Assembly: GCF_963921235.1 (NCBI RefSeq)
Contig: NC_086101.1
Span: 4,156,001-4,220,000, forward strand
From: Mobula hypostoma
Taxonomy: Eukaryota
Direction of reading: 5' to 3'
Length of the DNA: 64,000 nt
Positions 25,300 through 36,029 of the stretch are shown here, piece after piece. The notes beneath the pieces are model-generated. The model was given only the letters and a program-made list of their open reading frames with translations, made no database searches and had not been told where the DNA came from. A program made the translations under genes and the position numbers. The stretch's first letter is position 1, and the number at the start of each line of letters is the position of its first letter.

Positions 25300-27900
25300 A
25301 ACACACAGGAGCAGAATTAGGCCATTCAGCCCATCAAGTTTGCTCCACCATTCCATCATGCTGATCCCACTTCCCACTCAACCCCACACACCTGCCTTCT
25401 CACTGTATCCTTTGATGACCTGACCCATCAGAAAACGATATACCCCTGGACTTGGCCTCAACTACAGTCTATGGCAGAGCATTCCACAGATTTACTACTC
25501 TCTGGCTAAAAGAATTCCTGCTTACCTCTGTTCTAAAGGGTCACCCCTCAATTTTGAGTGTGCCCTCTAGTTCTGGATACCCCCACCCGATCTAGTCCTT
25601 TCAACATTCGATAGGTCTCAATGAGATCCCTCTGCATTCTTCTAAATTCCAGTGAGTACAGGCCCGAAGCTGATAGACGCTCCGCATATGTTAACCCCTT
25701 CATTCCCAGAATCATCCTCAAGAACCTCTTCTGGACTCTCTCCAATGACAAAAAAATCGTTTCTGAGATACGGAGCTCAAAACTGTTGGCAATACCCCAA
25801 GTGTGGCCTGACTAGTGTCTTATAAAAGCTCAGTATTATCTCCTTGCTTTTATATTCTATTCCCCTTGAAATAAATGTCAACATTTATTTAGCACAGACT
25901 CAGCCTGCAAATTAACCTTTTGGAGTCTTGCATGAGGACTCCAAGTCTCTCTGCATCTCTGATGTTTGACCCTTCTCCCCATTTAGATAATAGTCCGCAC
26001 TATTGTTCCTTTTACCAAAATGCATTATCATACATTTCCGAACACTGTATTCCATCTGCCACTTTTTTTGCCTATTCTTCCAATTTGTCTAAGACCTGCT
26101 TCAATTGCATTGCCTCCTCAGCACTACCTACCCCTCCACCTATCTTATCATCCACAAACTTTGCCACAAAGCCATCAATTCATCATCTAAATCATTGACA
26201 AAAATTGTGAAAAGTAATGGTGCCAATACTGACACCTGAGAAACACCACCTATCACCACCTAGCAGCCAACCAGAAAAGGCCCCTTTTATTCTCACTCAC
26301 TGCCTCCTGCCTGTCAGCCAGTCCGTTATCCATGCCAGTGTCTATCCTGTAACACCATAGGATTTTATCTTGTTAAGCAGCCTCATGTGAGGCACCTTAT
26401 CAAATGCCTTCTGAAAATCCAAGTAAATGACGTCCACTGCCTCTCCTTTGTCGAACCCTGCTTGTTACTTCCTCGAAGAACTATGACAGATTTGTCAGGC
26501 AAGATTTCCCTTCGCAGAAACCATGCTGACTTTGACTTATTTTATCATTAGATTCCAAGTCACTGAAACATCATCCTTAATAATAGACTCCAACACTTTT
26601 CCAACCACTGAGGTTAGGCACTCTGGCCTATAATTTCCTTTCATTTACCTTCCTCCTTCTTAAAGAATAGAGTAACATTTTCAATCTGCCAGGTCCTCCA
26701 GGACCATGCCAAAATCAAGTGGTTCTTGAAAGATCATGACCAATGCATCCATTATCTCTTCAGCAACCTCTCTCACAACACTGGGATGTAGTCCATCTGG
26801 TCCAGGTGACTTATCCACCTTAAGACCTTTGAGTTTGCCTCACATATTTTCCTTTGTAGCAGCAATGGCACTCACTCCTGCTCCCTGACACTCACTGATC
26901 TCTGGCACACTGCTAGTGATTCCACAGTGAAGACAAATGCAAAGTACCTATTAAGTTCATCTGCCATTTCTTTGTCCCCCATTATTCACCAGCATCATTT
27001 TCCAGTGGCCCAATATCAACTCTCACCTCCCTTTTACTCCTTATATAGCTGAAAAACCTTCTGGTATCCTGCTTTATATTATTCGCTAGTCTGCCCTCAC
27101 ATTTCATCTTGTGTGCTCTTTGTTTGGATTCTATGCAGTCCTTAACTTCCCTTGACAGCCACAGCTGCCTACCCCTGACATTTCAGAACAACTTCTTCTG
27201 TGGGACTTATCTATCTTGCGCCTTGTGAACTATTCCCAGAAACTTCAGCTATCTCTGCTCCGCCGTCACCCCTGCCAGTATCCTCCTCTAATCCACCTGG
27301 GCAAGCTCCTCTCTCGTGCCTCTGGAATCCCCTTTATTCCATTGTAATAGTGATACATGTGAGTTATGCTTCTGCCTTTCAAACTGCAGTGTGATCACTG
27401 CCTCCTAAGGGTTCCTTTACAATAAGTTCTCTGATAAGATCTGGGTTATTACACTACACCCAATCTAAGAGAGCCTTTCCCTGAGGAGGCTCAAGCACAA
27501 GCTGCTCTAAAAACTCATCTCACAGGCGTTCAAACAAATTCCCTCTTGCAATCCGACACCAACCTGATTTTCCCAATCCCCTTGCATATTGAAGTCCTCC
27601 ATTACAATTGTGACAGTACCCTTAGTACATGCCTTTTCCAGCTCCCTTTGCAATCTCAACCCCACATCTTGGCTTCTATTTGGAGGCCGAAATATGCTTC
27701 CCAGAATAGTTTTTCTACCTTTGCAGTTTCTTAACTCCATCCACAAAGATTCAACATTCTCTGACCCTATGTCACCTCTCTCTAAAGATGTAATTCCATC
27801 TCTTACCAACAGATCCATAAGGCAGCCTATGCCTTCCTGCCAGTCCTTTCGATACAAAGTTTGATATTAACCTCCCAACTACGGCCTTCTTTCAGCCACA
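25300..27900 (-). mobile_element. CR1 LINE ORF2 remnant
   Basis: ESLWMELRN, FRPPN, EDFNM and LERVQKRFLRMI remnants. Confidence 0.85.
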
Positions 27901-28393
27901 ACAATGTCCACCTCCTTCCATTTTCCTCTGATCCATTTGCCCATCTAAATGTCTCCTAAAAGTCTCTAATGTTTCTTCCTCTCCCACCACCCCAGGCAGC
28001 GAGTTCCAGGTATCCACCGCTCTCAGGATAAAAAAATCACATCGCTTTTGAAATTATCCCCCTCAGCTTAACTGCATGCCGCCTAGTATTAGACATTTCA
28101 ACCCTGGGACAAAGAACGTTATACTGGCCCTGCAGCCTCCATGTCGTGCCGAACCTTTTACTTGATCTCAGAGCTCCTTCGGAATTACCCGTCTCACTGT
28201 GTGTGTGTTTTTTGTGGAATGTTAACGTTTGCACCAGAACGTGTTGAGACACTTGCGGGCTGCCTCCAGCACACCCTTGGGATGTGTTGGTCGTTAAGAC
28301 AAATGAAGCATTTCCCTGTAGGGTTTACATATGTGTGTGTGTGTCTGTGTGATAATTAAACCTGAATTTGGATTTAACTGTGCTGCCTCTCAC

Positions 28394-28530
28394 CTTGTCA
28401 ATAAGGTTCTTCACCATGTCCATGGACAAATTGAAGTTTACTTCACCCACGCTCCGTGATGCATCAATCATGAAGTAGACATGGAGGTGTGCGTCTTTGC
28501 TGATGGTTATTCTGCGGGCTGTGGAGCGGT
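28394..28530 (-). CDS. CFB: Complement factor B/C2-like, scissile bond and first vWA exon (MIDAS DxSxS)
   Basis: cctctcccag / gtgaga; 137 bp, phase 1/0. Encodes DRSTARRITISKDAHLHVYFMIDASRSVGEVNFNLSMDMVKNLIDK. Not reported in the ORF track; translated by hand. Confidence 0.94.
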
Positions 28531-28619
28531 CTGGGAGAGGGGAACGGTTGCAGCGTTAGCAATGCCCAGACCGTCCTGTTCCCCGCTGGCCCCCGGGCCG
28601 TCCGGGCCGGAGTGGAAGC

Positions 28620-28870
28620 ACCCAAAAACAACGCCTACAGAAAGGAGTGGATACAGCCCAGTCCGTCACAAGTAAAGCCCTCCCCTCCAATGAGCACATT
28701 TACAAGGAACACTGCTACAAGAAAGCAGCATCCGTCATCGAGGAAGCCCTCCACCCAGGCCATGCTCTGGTCTTGCAGCTGCCGTCAGGCAGGAGATACA
28801 GGAGCCCCAGGTCCCACACCACTAGGTTCAGGAACCATTATCACCCTACAATCATCAGGCTCCTGAACTT
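28620..28870 (+). mobile_element. Rex1/Babar 3' fragment
   Basis: HPGHALVLQLPSGRRYRSPRSHTTRFRN. Confidence 0.75.
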
Positions 28871-28989
28871 CACTAACCACAACTCCAACCTGACTCCACA
28901 ATCTACAGACCCACTTTCAGGAAATCTACACCTCATGTTCTCGGTATTACATATTTTTTTTGCTGTTTGTATTTATTTGCAAATGAAGA

Positions 28990-29280
28990 GGCCTCTTACC
29001 TCTTCCTCTCACCAGCCTATCACCTCCTCCTGGTGCCCTCCTTCCCCTTTCTCCCATGGTCCACTCTTCTCTCGTATCAGATTCCTTCCTCTCCAACCCT
29101 TTACCTTTCCCACCCACCTGGCTTGTCCTCCTTCCCCTCTCCCCACCCTTTTATTCCGGCATCTTCCCCCCATCTTTTTCAGTCCTGAAGAAGGGTCTCA
29201 GCCTGAAACGTCAACTGTTCATTCATTTCCATCGATGCTGCCTGACCTGCTGAGTTCCTCCAGCATTTTGTGCATGTTCT
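28990..29280 (+). mobile_element. Penelope 3' fragment
   Basis: Pyrimidine-rich body plus gatgctgcctgacctgctgagttcctccagc tail, as in 14111-15207. Confidence 0.8.
29180..29217 (+). ncRNA. Minimal type I hammerhead ribozyme motif (Penelope-associated)
   Basis: CAGTC-CTGAAGA-A-GGGTCTCAGCCT-GAAA-CGTC-AACTG: CUGANGA and GAAA core, stem I arms, GUC triplet. Confidence 0.65.
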
Positions 29281-29814
29281 TTTGAAGATTGTGTATCAGT
29301 CGTTTTTATGTATAAGTTTTCATAAATTCTATTGTACTTTTTAATTTTTCCTGTAAATGATAGCAGGAAAGTCGGTCTCAATGTACTTTGCAGTATATGG
29401 TGACGTTTACTGAATTTACTCTGAACTTTGAACACACCAAGACCAGAACTGACTAGCAGTGGTCATCCAGGGCCACCAAAAGGGGTAAAGTGAGATTAAC
29501 ATCCAGTAACGTGCTCCCAACACTCTCTGAATTCCCAGGTGGCCAAGCACTTGTGCTGTAGACAGCCAGGGGCCTCTACTGCCCATAATGTCAGTGTAAA
29601 TAACTTGGAATGTGTTCCTCAGCCACTGGGACACCAGGGTCCTACCCTCAGCTCTGGCCACAGACTGCCCGAGTGCGCAAAACCCCAAGTTATGGGAGAC
29701 CAGACAGCCCGAGTCCTGGGGACACTATGAGAGTGTTCGGGCTGCAGTGAGTTAGGAGTGAGGGGTGCTGAAAAGGTAAATATGGAAGGGTCCAAAATTC
29801 CTCCAGCATTTTCT

Positions 29815-30236
29815 GTACACCACTGTTGTAACGTGCTGTTACTGAGTTAGTCACCTTCCTGTCAGCATGAACCAGTCTGGCCATTCTCCTCTGACCTCTC
29901 TCATTAACAGGTGTTTTCACCCACAGAACTGCCTCTCGCTGGTGTTTTGTTCTGTGACCTCATACGATTCTCTGTAAACTGTAGAGACTGTACTGGGAAG
30001 GCCAGCAGATCAGCAGTTTCTGAGGTACTGAAACCACTCTGCCTGGCACCAACAATCACTCCACGCTCTAAGGCACCGAGATCACACCTCTTTGCCATTC
30101 TCATGTTTGGTCTGAACAAGAGAACCGCTTCACCCTGTCTACATGCCTTTAAGCACTGAGTTGCTGCCACATGATTGGCTGATTAGATATTTGCAAAAAT
30201 GAGCAGGTCTACAGATGTACCAAATTTAGTGGGCAT
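29815..30236 (-). mobile_element. Tc1-like transposon 5' fragment
   Basis: MAKRCDLGALERGVIVGARQSGFSTSETADLL (paired-like HTH) and NERGQRRMARLVHADRK. Confidence 0.82.
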
Positions 30237-30289
30237 TCGGAAAATATTCTACTTGGTTGATCAGTACTTTATGACAAAGAGTCAGAGCA

Positions 30290-30735
30290 AATTAGAGCAA
30301 AGATGCACTCAGCCTGATGGTTTGAGATGTGTCTATTTTAATGCAAGGAGTATCATAAACAAGGCGGATGAACTTAGAGCGTGGATCAATACATGGAACT
30401 ATGATGAGGTGGCCGTTACAGGGACTTGGATGTCTAAGGAGCAGGAATGGCTGCTGAGTGTGCCGGGCTTCAGATGTTTCAAAGAGAACAGAGAGAGAGG
30501 CAAAAGAGGTGGGGGCTTGGCATTGCTGATTAGGGATAGTGTCACGGCTACAGAAAAGGAGGAATTTGTGCAGGGGTGGTCTACTGAATCAGTGTGGGTG
30601 GAAGTCAGAATCAGGAAAGGGGCAATAACGCTACTGGGTGTTTTTATACACCCCCCAATAGTAACAGGGACATCGAGGAGCAGATAGGGAGGCAGATTCT
30701 GGAAGGGTGCAATAATAATAGGGTTGTTGTGATAG
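30290..30735 (+). mobile_element. CR1 endonuclease fragment
   Basis: LRCVYFNARSIINKADEL...GGGLALLIRD...ESVWVEVR. Confidence 0.85.
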
Positions 30736-32245
30736 ACAGAGATGAGGAGGAGTGTAGGGACTGGAGGGATTTACAGAAACGGGTTTACAGGGGGAGGGGT
30801 GTAGGGACTGGATGGGTTTACAGGGGGAGGGGTGTAGGGACTGGATGGGTTTACAGGGGGAGGGGTGGAGGGACTGGATGGGTTTACAGAGACAGGGAGG
30901 GGTGTGTGGACTGGATGGGTTTACAGAGACGGGGAGGGGTGTAGGGACTGGATGGGTTTACAGAGACGGGGAGGGGTGTAGGGACTGGAGTGGTTTACAG
31001 AGACGGGGAGGGGTGGAGGGACTGGATGGGTTTACAGAGACGGAGGGGTGTAGGGATTGGAGGGGTTTACAGGGGGAGGGGTGTAGGAACTGGAGGGGTT
31101 TACAGAGACAGGGGGGGTGTAGGGACTGGATGGGTTTACAGAGGGAGGGGTGGAGGGACTGGATGGGTTTACAGAGACGGGGAGGGGTGTGTGGACTGGA
31201 TGGGTTTACAGAGACGGGGAGGGGTGTAGGGACTGGAGGGGTTTACAGAGACGGGGGGGTGTAGGGACTGGATGGGTTTACAGAGACGGGGGGTGTAGGG
31301 ACTGTATGGGTTTACAGAGACAGGGGGGTATAGGGACTGAATGGGTTTACAGAGACGGGGGTATAGGGACTGGAGGGGTTTACAGAGACAGGGAGAGGTG
31401 GAGGGACTGGAGGGGTTTACAGAGATGGGGAGGGGTGTAGGGACTGGAGGGGTTTACAGAGACGGGGAGGAGTGTAGGGACTGGAGTGGTTTACAGAGAG
31501 GGGGAGGGATGTAGGGACTTGATGGGTTTACAGAGACGGGGAGGGGTGTAGGGACTGGATGGGTTTACAGAGGGAGGGGTGGAGGGACTGGATGGGTTTA
31601 CAGAGACGGGGAGGGGTGTGTGGACTGGATGGGTTTACAGAGACGGGGAGGGGTGTAGGGACTGGAGGGGTTTACAGAGACGGGGGGGTGTAGGGACTGG
31701 ATGGGTTTACAGAGACGGGGGGGTGTAGGGACTGTATGGGTTTACAGAGACAGGGGGGTATAGGGACTGAATGGGTTTACAGAGACGGGGGTATAGGGAC
31801 TGGAGGGGTTTACAGAGACAGGGAGAGGTGGAGGGACTGGAGGGGTTTACAGAGATGGGGAGGGGTGTAGGGACTGGAGGGGTTTACAGAGACGGGGAGG
31901 AGTGTAGGGACTGGAGTGGTTTACAGAGAGGGGGAGGGATGTAGGGACTTGATGGGTTTACAGAGACGGGGAGGGGTGTAGGGACTGGAGGGGTTTACAG
32001 AGACGGGGAGGGGTTTACAGAGACGGGGAGGAGTGTAGGGACTGGAGTGGTTTACAGAGAGGGGGAGGGATGTAGGGACTTGATGGGTTTACAGAGATGG
32101 GGAGGGGTGTAGGGACTGGAGGGGTTTACAGAGACGGGGAGGGGTTTACAGAGACGGGGAGGGTTGTTGGGGCTGGATGGGTTTACAAAGACGGGTGTGG
32201 TGTAGGGACTGGAGGGTTTCACAGAGATGGGTGGGGTGTAGGTCT
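30735..32245. repeat. G-rich ~37-bp minisatellite (~40 copies)
   Basis: Unit gggtttacagagacggggaggggtgtagggactggat. Confidence 0.96.
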
Positions 32246-32319
32246 GGGGGGATTAAAATGAGACCACAGGAGCCCAAAATTAAAGGTGCTCTTTCCCATG
32301 GGATGTCAGTTTATTAGGG

Positions 32320-34160
32320 AAAGTGAGCAGGAGATAGATATGAACTACAGGGAGTTAGTCAGCCCAAGGCTGCAAGAGTTAGACAAGTGGGATGGGAAGA
32401 GGTCAGATAGTAGAGAGCACCCCTGTGACCATCCCCCTCAATAATCGTTGTCTCGTTTTGGATGTTGTTGAGGGGGATGACCTGACTGAGGACGACCACA
32501 GTGATTGGGTCGCTGGCACTGAGCCTGGTTCTGTGGCACAGAAGGGAGAGAAGAAGATGAGGAATGCAGTAGTCATAGGGGATTTCATAGTGAGGGGAAC
32601 GGACAGGAGGTTCTGTCAGCCTGATAGAGATACCCGGATGGTGTGTTGCCTCCCAGGTGCCAGGGTACGGGATGTCTCAGATCGGGTGCTGAGTATTCTG
32701 AATGGAGAGGGTGAACAACCAGAAGTCTTGGTACACGTTGGTACCAATGACATAGGTAGAAAAAGGGAGGATGTCCTGAAGAGAGAATTCAGGAAATTGG
32801 GTAGGAAGCTGAAAAGCAGGACCCCCAGGTTAGTAATCTCAGGATTGCTGCCTGTGCCACGTGCCAACAAGCACAAGAATATCATGATCAGGCATATTAA
32901 AGCATGGCTGAGAGACTGGTGTAGGGAGCAGGGCTTCGGGCTCCTGGATCATTGAGACCTTTTCTGGGGAGGTACGACCTGTACAAAAAGGATGGGTTAC
33001 ACCTGAACCCAACGGGGTCAATATCCCAGAGGGCAGATTTAATAGAGCTGTTTGGGAGGGTTTAAACTAGTGGCAGGGGAATGGGAACCAGAGTGATAGG
33101 GCTGAGGAAGACGGAAAACAGAAGTAAATCAAATATAGCATGCAACAGAGATGATAGAAAGGACAGGCAGGAGATGAGGCATAATCACAGCCAGTGGGAT
33201 GAGTTACAGGGCAATAGAGGCGTGGTACAGTTAAAAATAGAAAGCAACAAATACTGGACTGAAAGTGTTATATTTGATTGCACACAGCATAAGAAATCAA
33301 ATGGATGATCTTGAAATTCAGCTACAGATTGGCAAGTATGAAGTTATGGCCATCTCTGAAACTTGGCTAAAGGATGGCTACCATTGGGAGCTGAACGTCC
33401 AAGGATATACAGTGTCTCAGAAAGATAGGTCAGTAGGGAGAGGGGGTGGTGTGGCCCTGTGTATACGAAGTAATATTAAATCATTAGGAAGGGATGATAT
33501 ACCATTGGAGGGTGTACAGTCTCTATGGGTTGAGTTAAGAAATGGCAAGGGTAAAAGGACCCTTATGGCAGTTGTATACAGGCCTCCAAACAGCAGCCAG
33601 AATGTGGATTACAAATTACAGCAGGAGATAGAAAAGGCATGTCAGAAGGGCAATATCATGATAATCATTGGAGACTTTAACATGAAAGTGGATTGGGAAA
33701 ACCAGGCTAGTACTGGACTTCAAGAGAGAGAATTTGTAGAATGTCTAAGGGTGGCTTTTTGGAACAGCTTGTTGTTGAGCCCACTAGGGGATCAGCTGTG
33801 CTGGATTGGGTGTTGTGCAATGATCCGGAGGTGATAAGAGAGCTTAAGGTTAAGGAATCCTTAGGGAACAGTGATCACAATATGATCGAGTTCACTTTGA
33901 AATTTGAGAAGGAGAAGCTAAGTTCCACTGTGTCAGTATTTCAGTGGAATAAAGGAAATTAAAATGGCATGAGAGGGGAACTGGCCAAAGTTGACTGGAA
34001 AGGGACACCAGCAGGAAGGACAGCAGAGCAGCAATGGTTGAAGTTTCTGTGAAAAATGAGGGAAGTGCAGGACAGATATATTCCCAATAAGAAGAAATTT
34101 TGGAATGGAAGAAGGACACTACCATGGCTGACAAGTGAAGTCAGAGCCAAAGTAAAAGCA
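32320..34160 (+). mobile_element. CR1 LINE ORF1 (SGNH esterase) and ORF2 endonuclease
   Basis: VIGDFIVRG...CCLPGARV...VHVGTND; ISETWL, YRPPN, GDFN, SDHN. Confidence 0.9.
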
Positions 34161-34169
34161 ATTTCTCAA

Positions 34170-35060
34170 TTGCTAGGAATTTTCATATTGTTTAGTGTCG
34201 TGACTTTCTGAAGATTTACACAGATAATGCTGTGTAGCCCTAATTCTTTAATACTATTGTGTAGTACCTTTGGATGATACCAGTTATAAATATTTCTATT
34301 GGAACACAGTGTTTGTGTTCCAAAGTATTTCAATTTCCTCATAATTCACCATATTTCTGGTGTTCTCCACTTACTGATTTCTGCATCCTGATCAAAAAGG
34401 TGCAACAGCGCCTTTATTTCCTGTGGAGCATCAAGAAAGCTCACCTCTGTCCCAGGATACTGACGGACTTTTACCGCTGTACCATTGAGAGCTTACTCAC
34501 CAACTGCATCTCAGTGTGGTATGGCAATTGTCCCGTATCGGACCGCAAAGCACTCCAGCATGTGGTGAAAACTGCCCAGTGGATTATCGGCACCCAATTG
34601 CCCACCATTGAGAACATCTGCCATAAACGCTGCCTGGGCAGGGCGAAAAGCATTATCAAGGATACATCTCAGCCTAACCATGGACTTTTTACTCTTCTCC
34701 CATCCGGTAGGCGCTACAGGAGCCTCCGCTCCCGCACCAGCAGGCACAGGAAGAGCTTCTTCCCTGAGGCTGTGACCCTGCTGAACCTCACATCACAGCA
34801 CTGAGCAGTATTGTATCTGTATTGTACTGTCTCAGTAGTTTTATATTTGTGTGCTGTAGCACTTACTTTTTATTCAGTTATTTTGTAAATAACACTATTC
34901 TTTGCATTTCTGGTCAGATGCTAACTGCATTTCATTGGCTTTGTATCTGTACTCGGCACAATGACAATAAAGTTGAATCTAATCTAATCTTGTGTGTATT
35001 TACAATGGCTCGATTTATTAAATAAGTTGTTCCTGCTTGTTTATCCTGTATTATTAAATA
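34170..35060 (-). mobile_element. R4/Dong-clade LINE restriction-like endonuclease remnant, split by a Rex1 3' fragment (34386-34990, + strand)
   Basis: IIQDKQAGTTYLINRAIVNTH | QKSVSGEHQKYGEL..EEIEILW; the insert encodes QQRLYFL...FYRCTIESLL and has an (AATCT)n tail. Confidence 0.75.
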
Positions 35061-35122
35061 AATAAGCAAGAACAACTTACTGCATAGAAACAATTTGATA
35101 GAGAAATAGGAATTATTATCAC

Positions 35123-35224
35123 CTGAAGCCTTCGAGCTGTCACCGCGGCTTACGCTCAGGGTGCTGGTCAGGGAGGCTGAGAAAGCCTCTGCTACTTCTT
35201 CAGGCATGTCGAAGGATTTCGGGT
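35123..35224 (-). CDS. CFB: Complement factor B/C2-like, alphaL/linker exon
   Basis: ttcacag / gtgata; 102 bp, phase 1/1. Encodes HPKSFDMPEEVAEAFSASLTSTLSVSRGDSSKAS, similar to human factor B DTPQEVAEAFLSSLT. Confidence 0.92.
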
Positions 35225-35569
35225 CTGTGAAGCAAAGTGAGATCTTGCTCAGTGTGGGAAATGTATCTGCTCTCCAGCGGGTTTATAAGCAATGCCCTCA
35301 TTTTTACGTGGACTTTCCCATTATTGACCGTCCAGAACGGCCCACACACAGTCAGCAGAGTAGTAGTCAGAAACAGAGATGGTGGAAAGGACAGGATCTG
35401 ATTCCAGGACAGGCAACCGTAAATCACAATCTGGACCCTGTGCTCAGTGGCTAAGTAGACAGATTGATTTCTGATTTACTGAATGTCAGAAATTGGAATT
35501 CTGATGGTGGGATTCAAACTTCTGAAGTGGTCCCTCAGTGGCTGCTGTTGCGAGCTCTGACCTGTAATG

Positions 35570-36020
35570 TAACTGGAGCTGTTGGGAGTGGTTTAAACTA
35601 GTCTGGCAGGGAGATGGGAACCAGGATGATAGAGCTGAGGATGAGCCAGCAGGTTTACAAGTAGATGATGGGTGTAAAGAGTTAAATTGTACCACAGTGG
35701 TAAAGTTCAAAAGGTCGAAGAATGCAGGACTGAAAATGCTGTATGCGCGTAGCGTTGAGAATAAAGTGCTCAAACTTACAGCGCAATTAGACATTGGTCG
35801 GTATGACATTGTAGACAGCACTAAGTTATGGTGAAAGAAGGCAACAGTTGGGAGCTTAACATCAAAGAATATACTTTGTATTGAAAGGGCAGACAGGAGG
35901 GGCACAGGCGGGGGTGTGGCTCTGTTGGTAAGAGATGGAATTACATCTTTAGAAAGAGGTGACATAGCGTCAGAAAATGTTGAATCTTTGTGGATGTCAT
36001 TTAGAAACTGCAAGGGTAAA
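35570..36020 (+). mobile_element. CR1 fragment (3' part resumes ~38375-38710)
   Basis: gggtttaaacta-type ORF1 end, GGGVALLVRDG, ENVESLW remnants. Confidence 0.75.
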
Positions 36021-36029
36021 AAAAAATTC

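Noticed and set aside
28459..28473. Peptide literally spells MIDAS at the MIDAS motif
   Set aside because: Coincidence of lettering with no biological meaning beyond the DxSxS motif.
28519..28524. Alternative in-frame acceptor 12 nt inside the first vWA exon
   Set aside because: The upstream AG has the better pyrimidine tract and keeps the human Glu-to-Arg spacing; minor use cannot be excluded.
30594..31440. Gly/Trp-rich repetitive ORFs
   Set aside because: Translations of the G-rich minisatellite.
35148..35153. Internal GTAAGC donor in the linker exon
   Set aside because: Phase 0 would frameshift the phase-1 next exon; the downstream donor preserves the factor B spacing.
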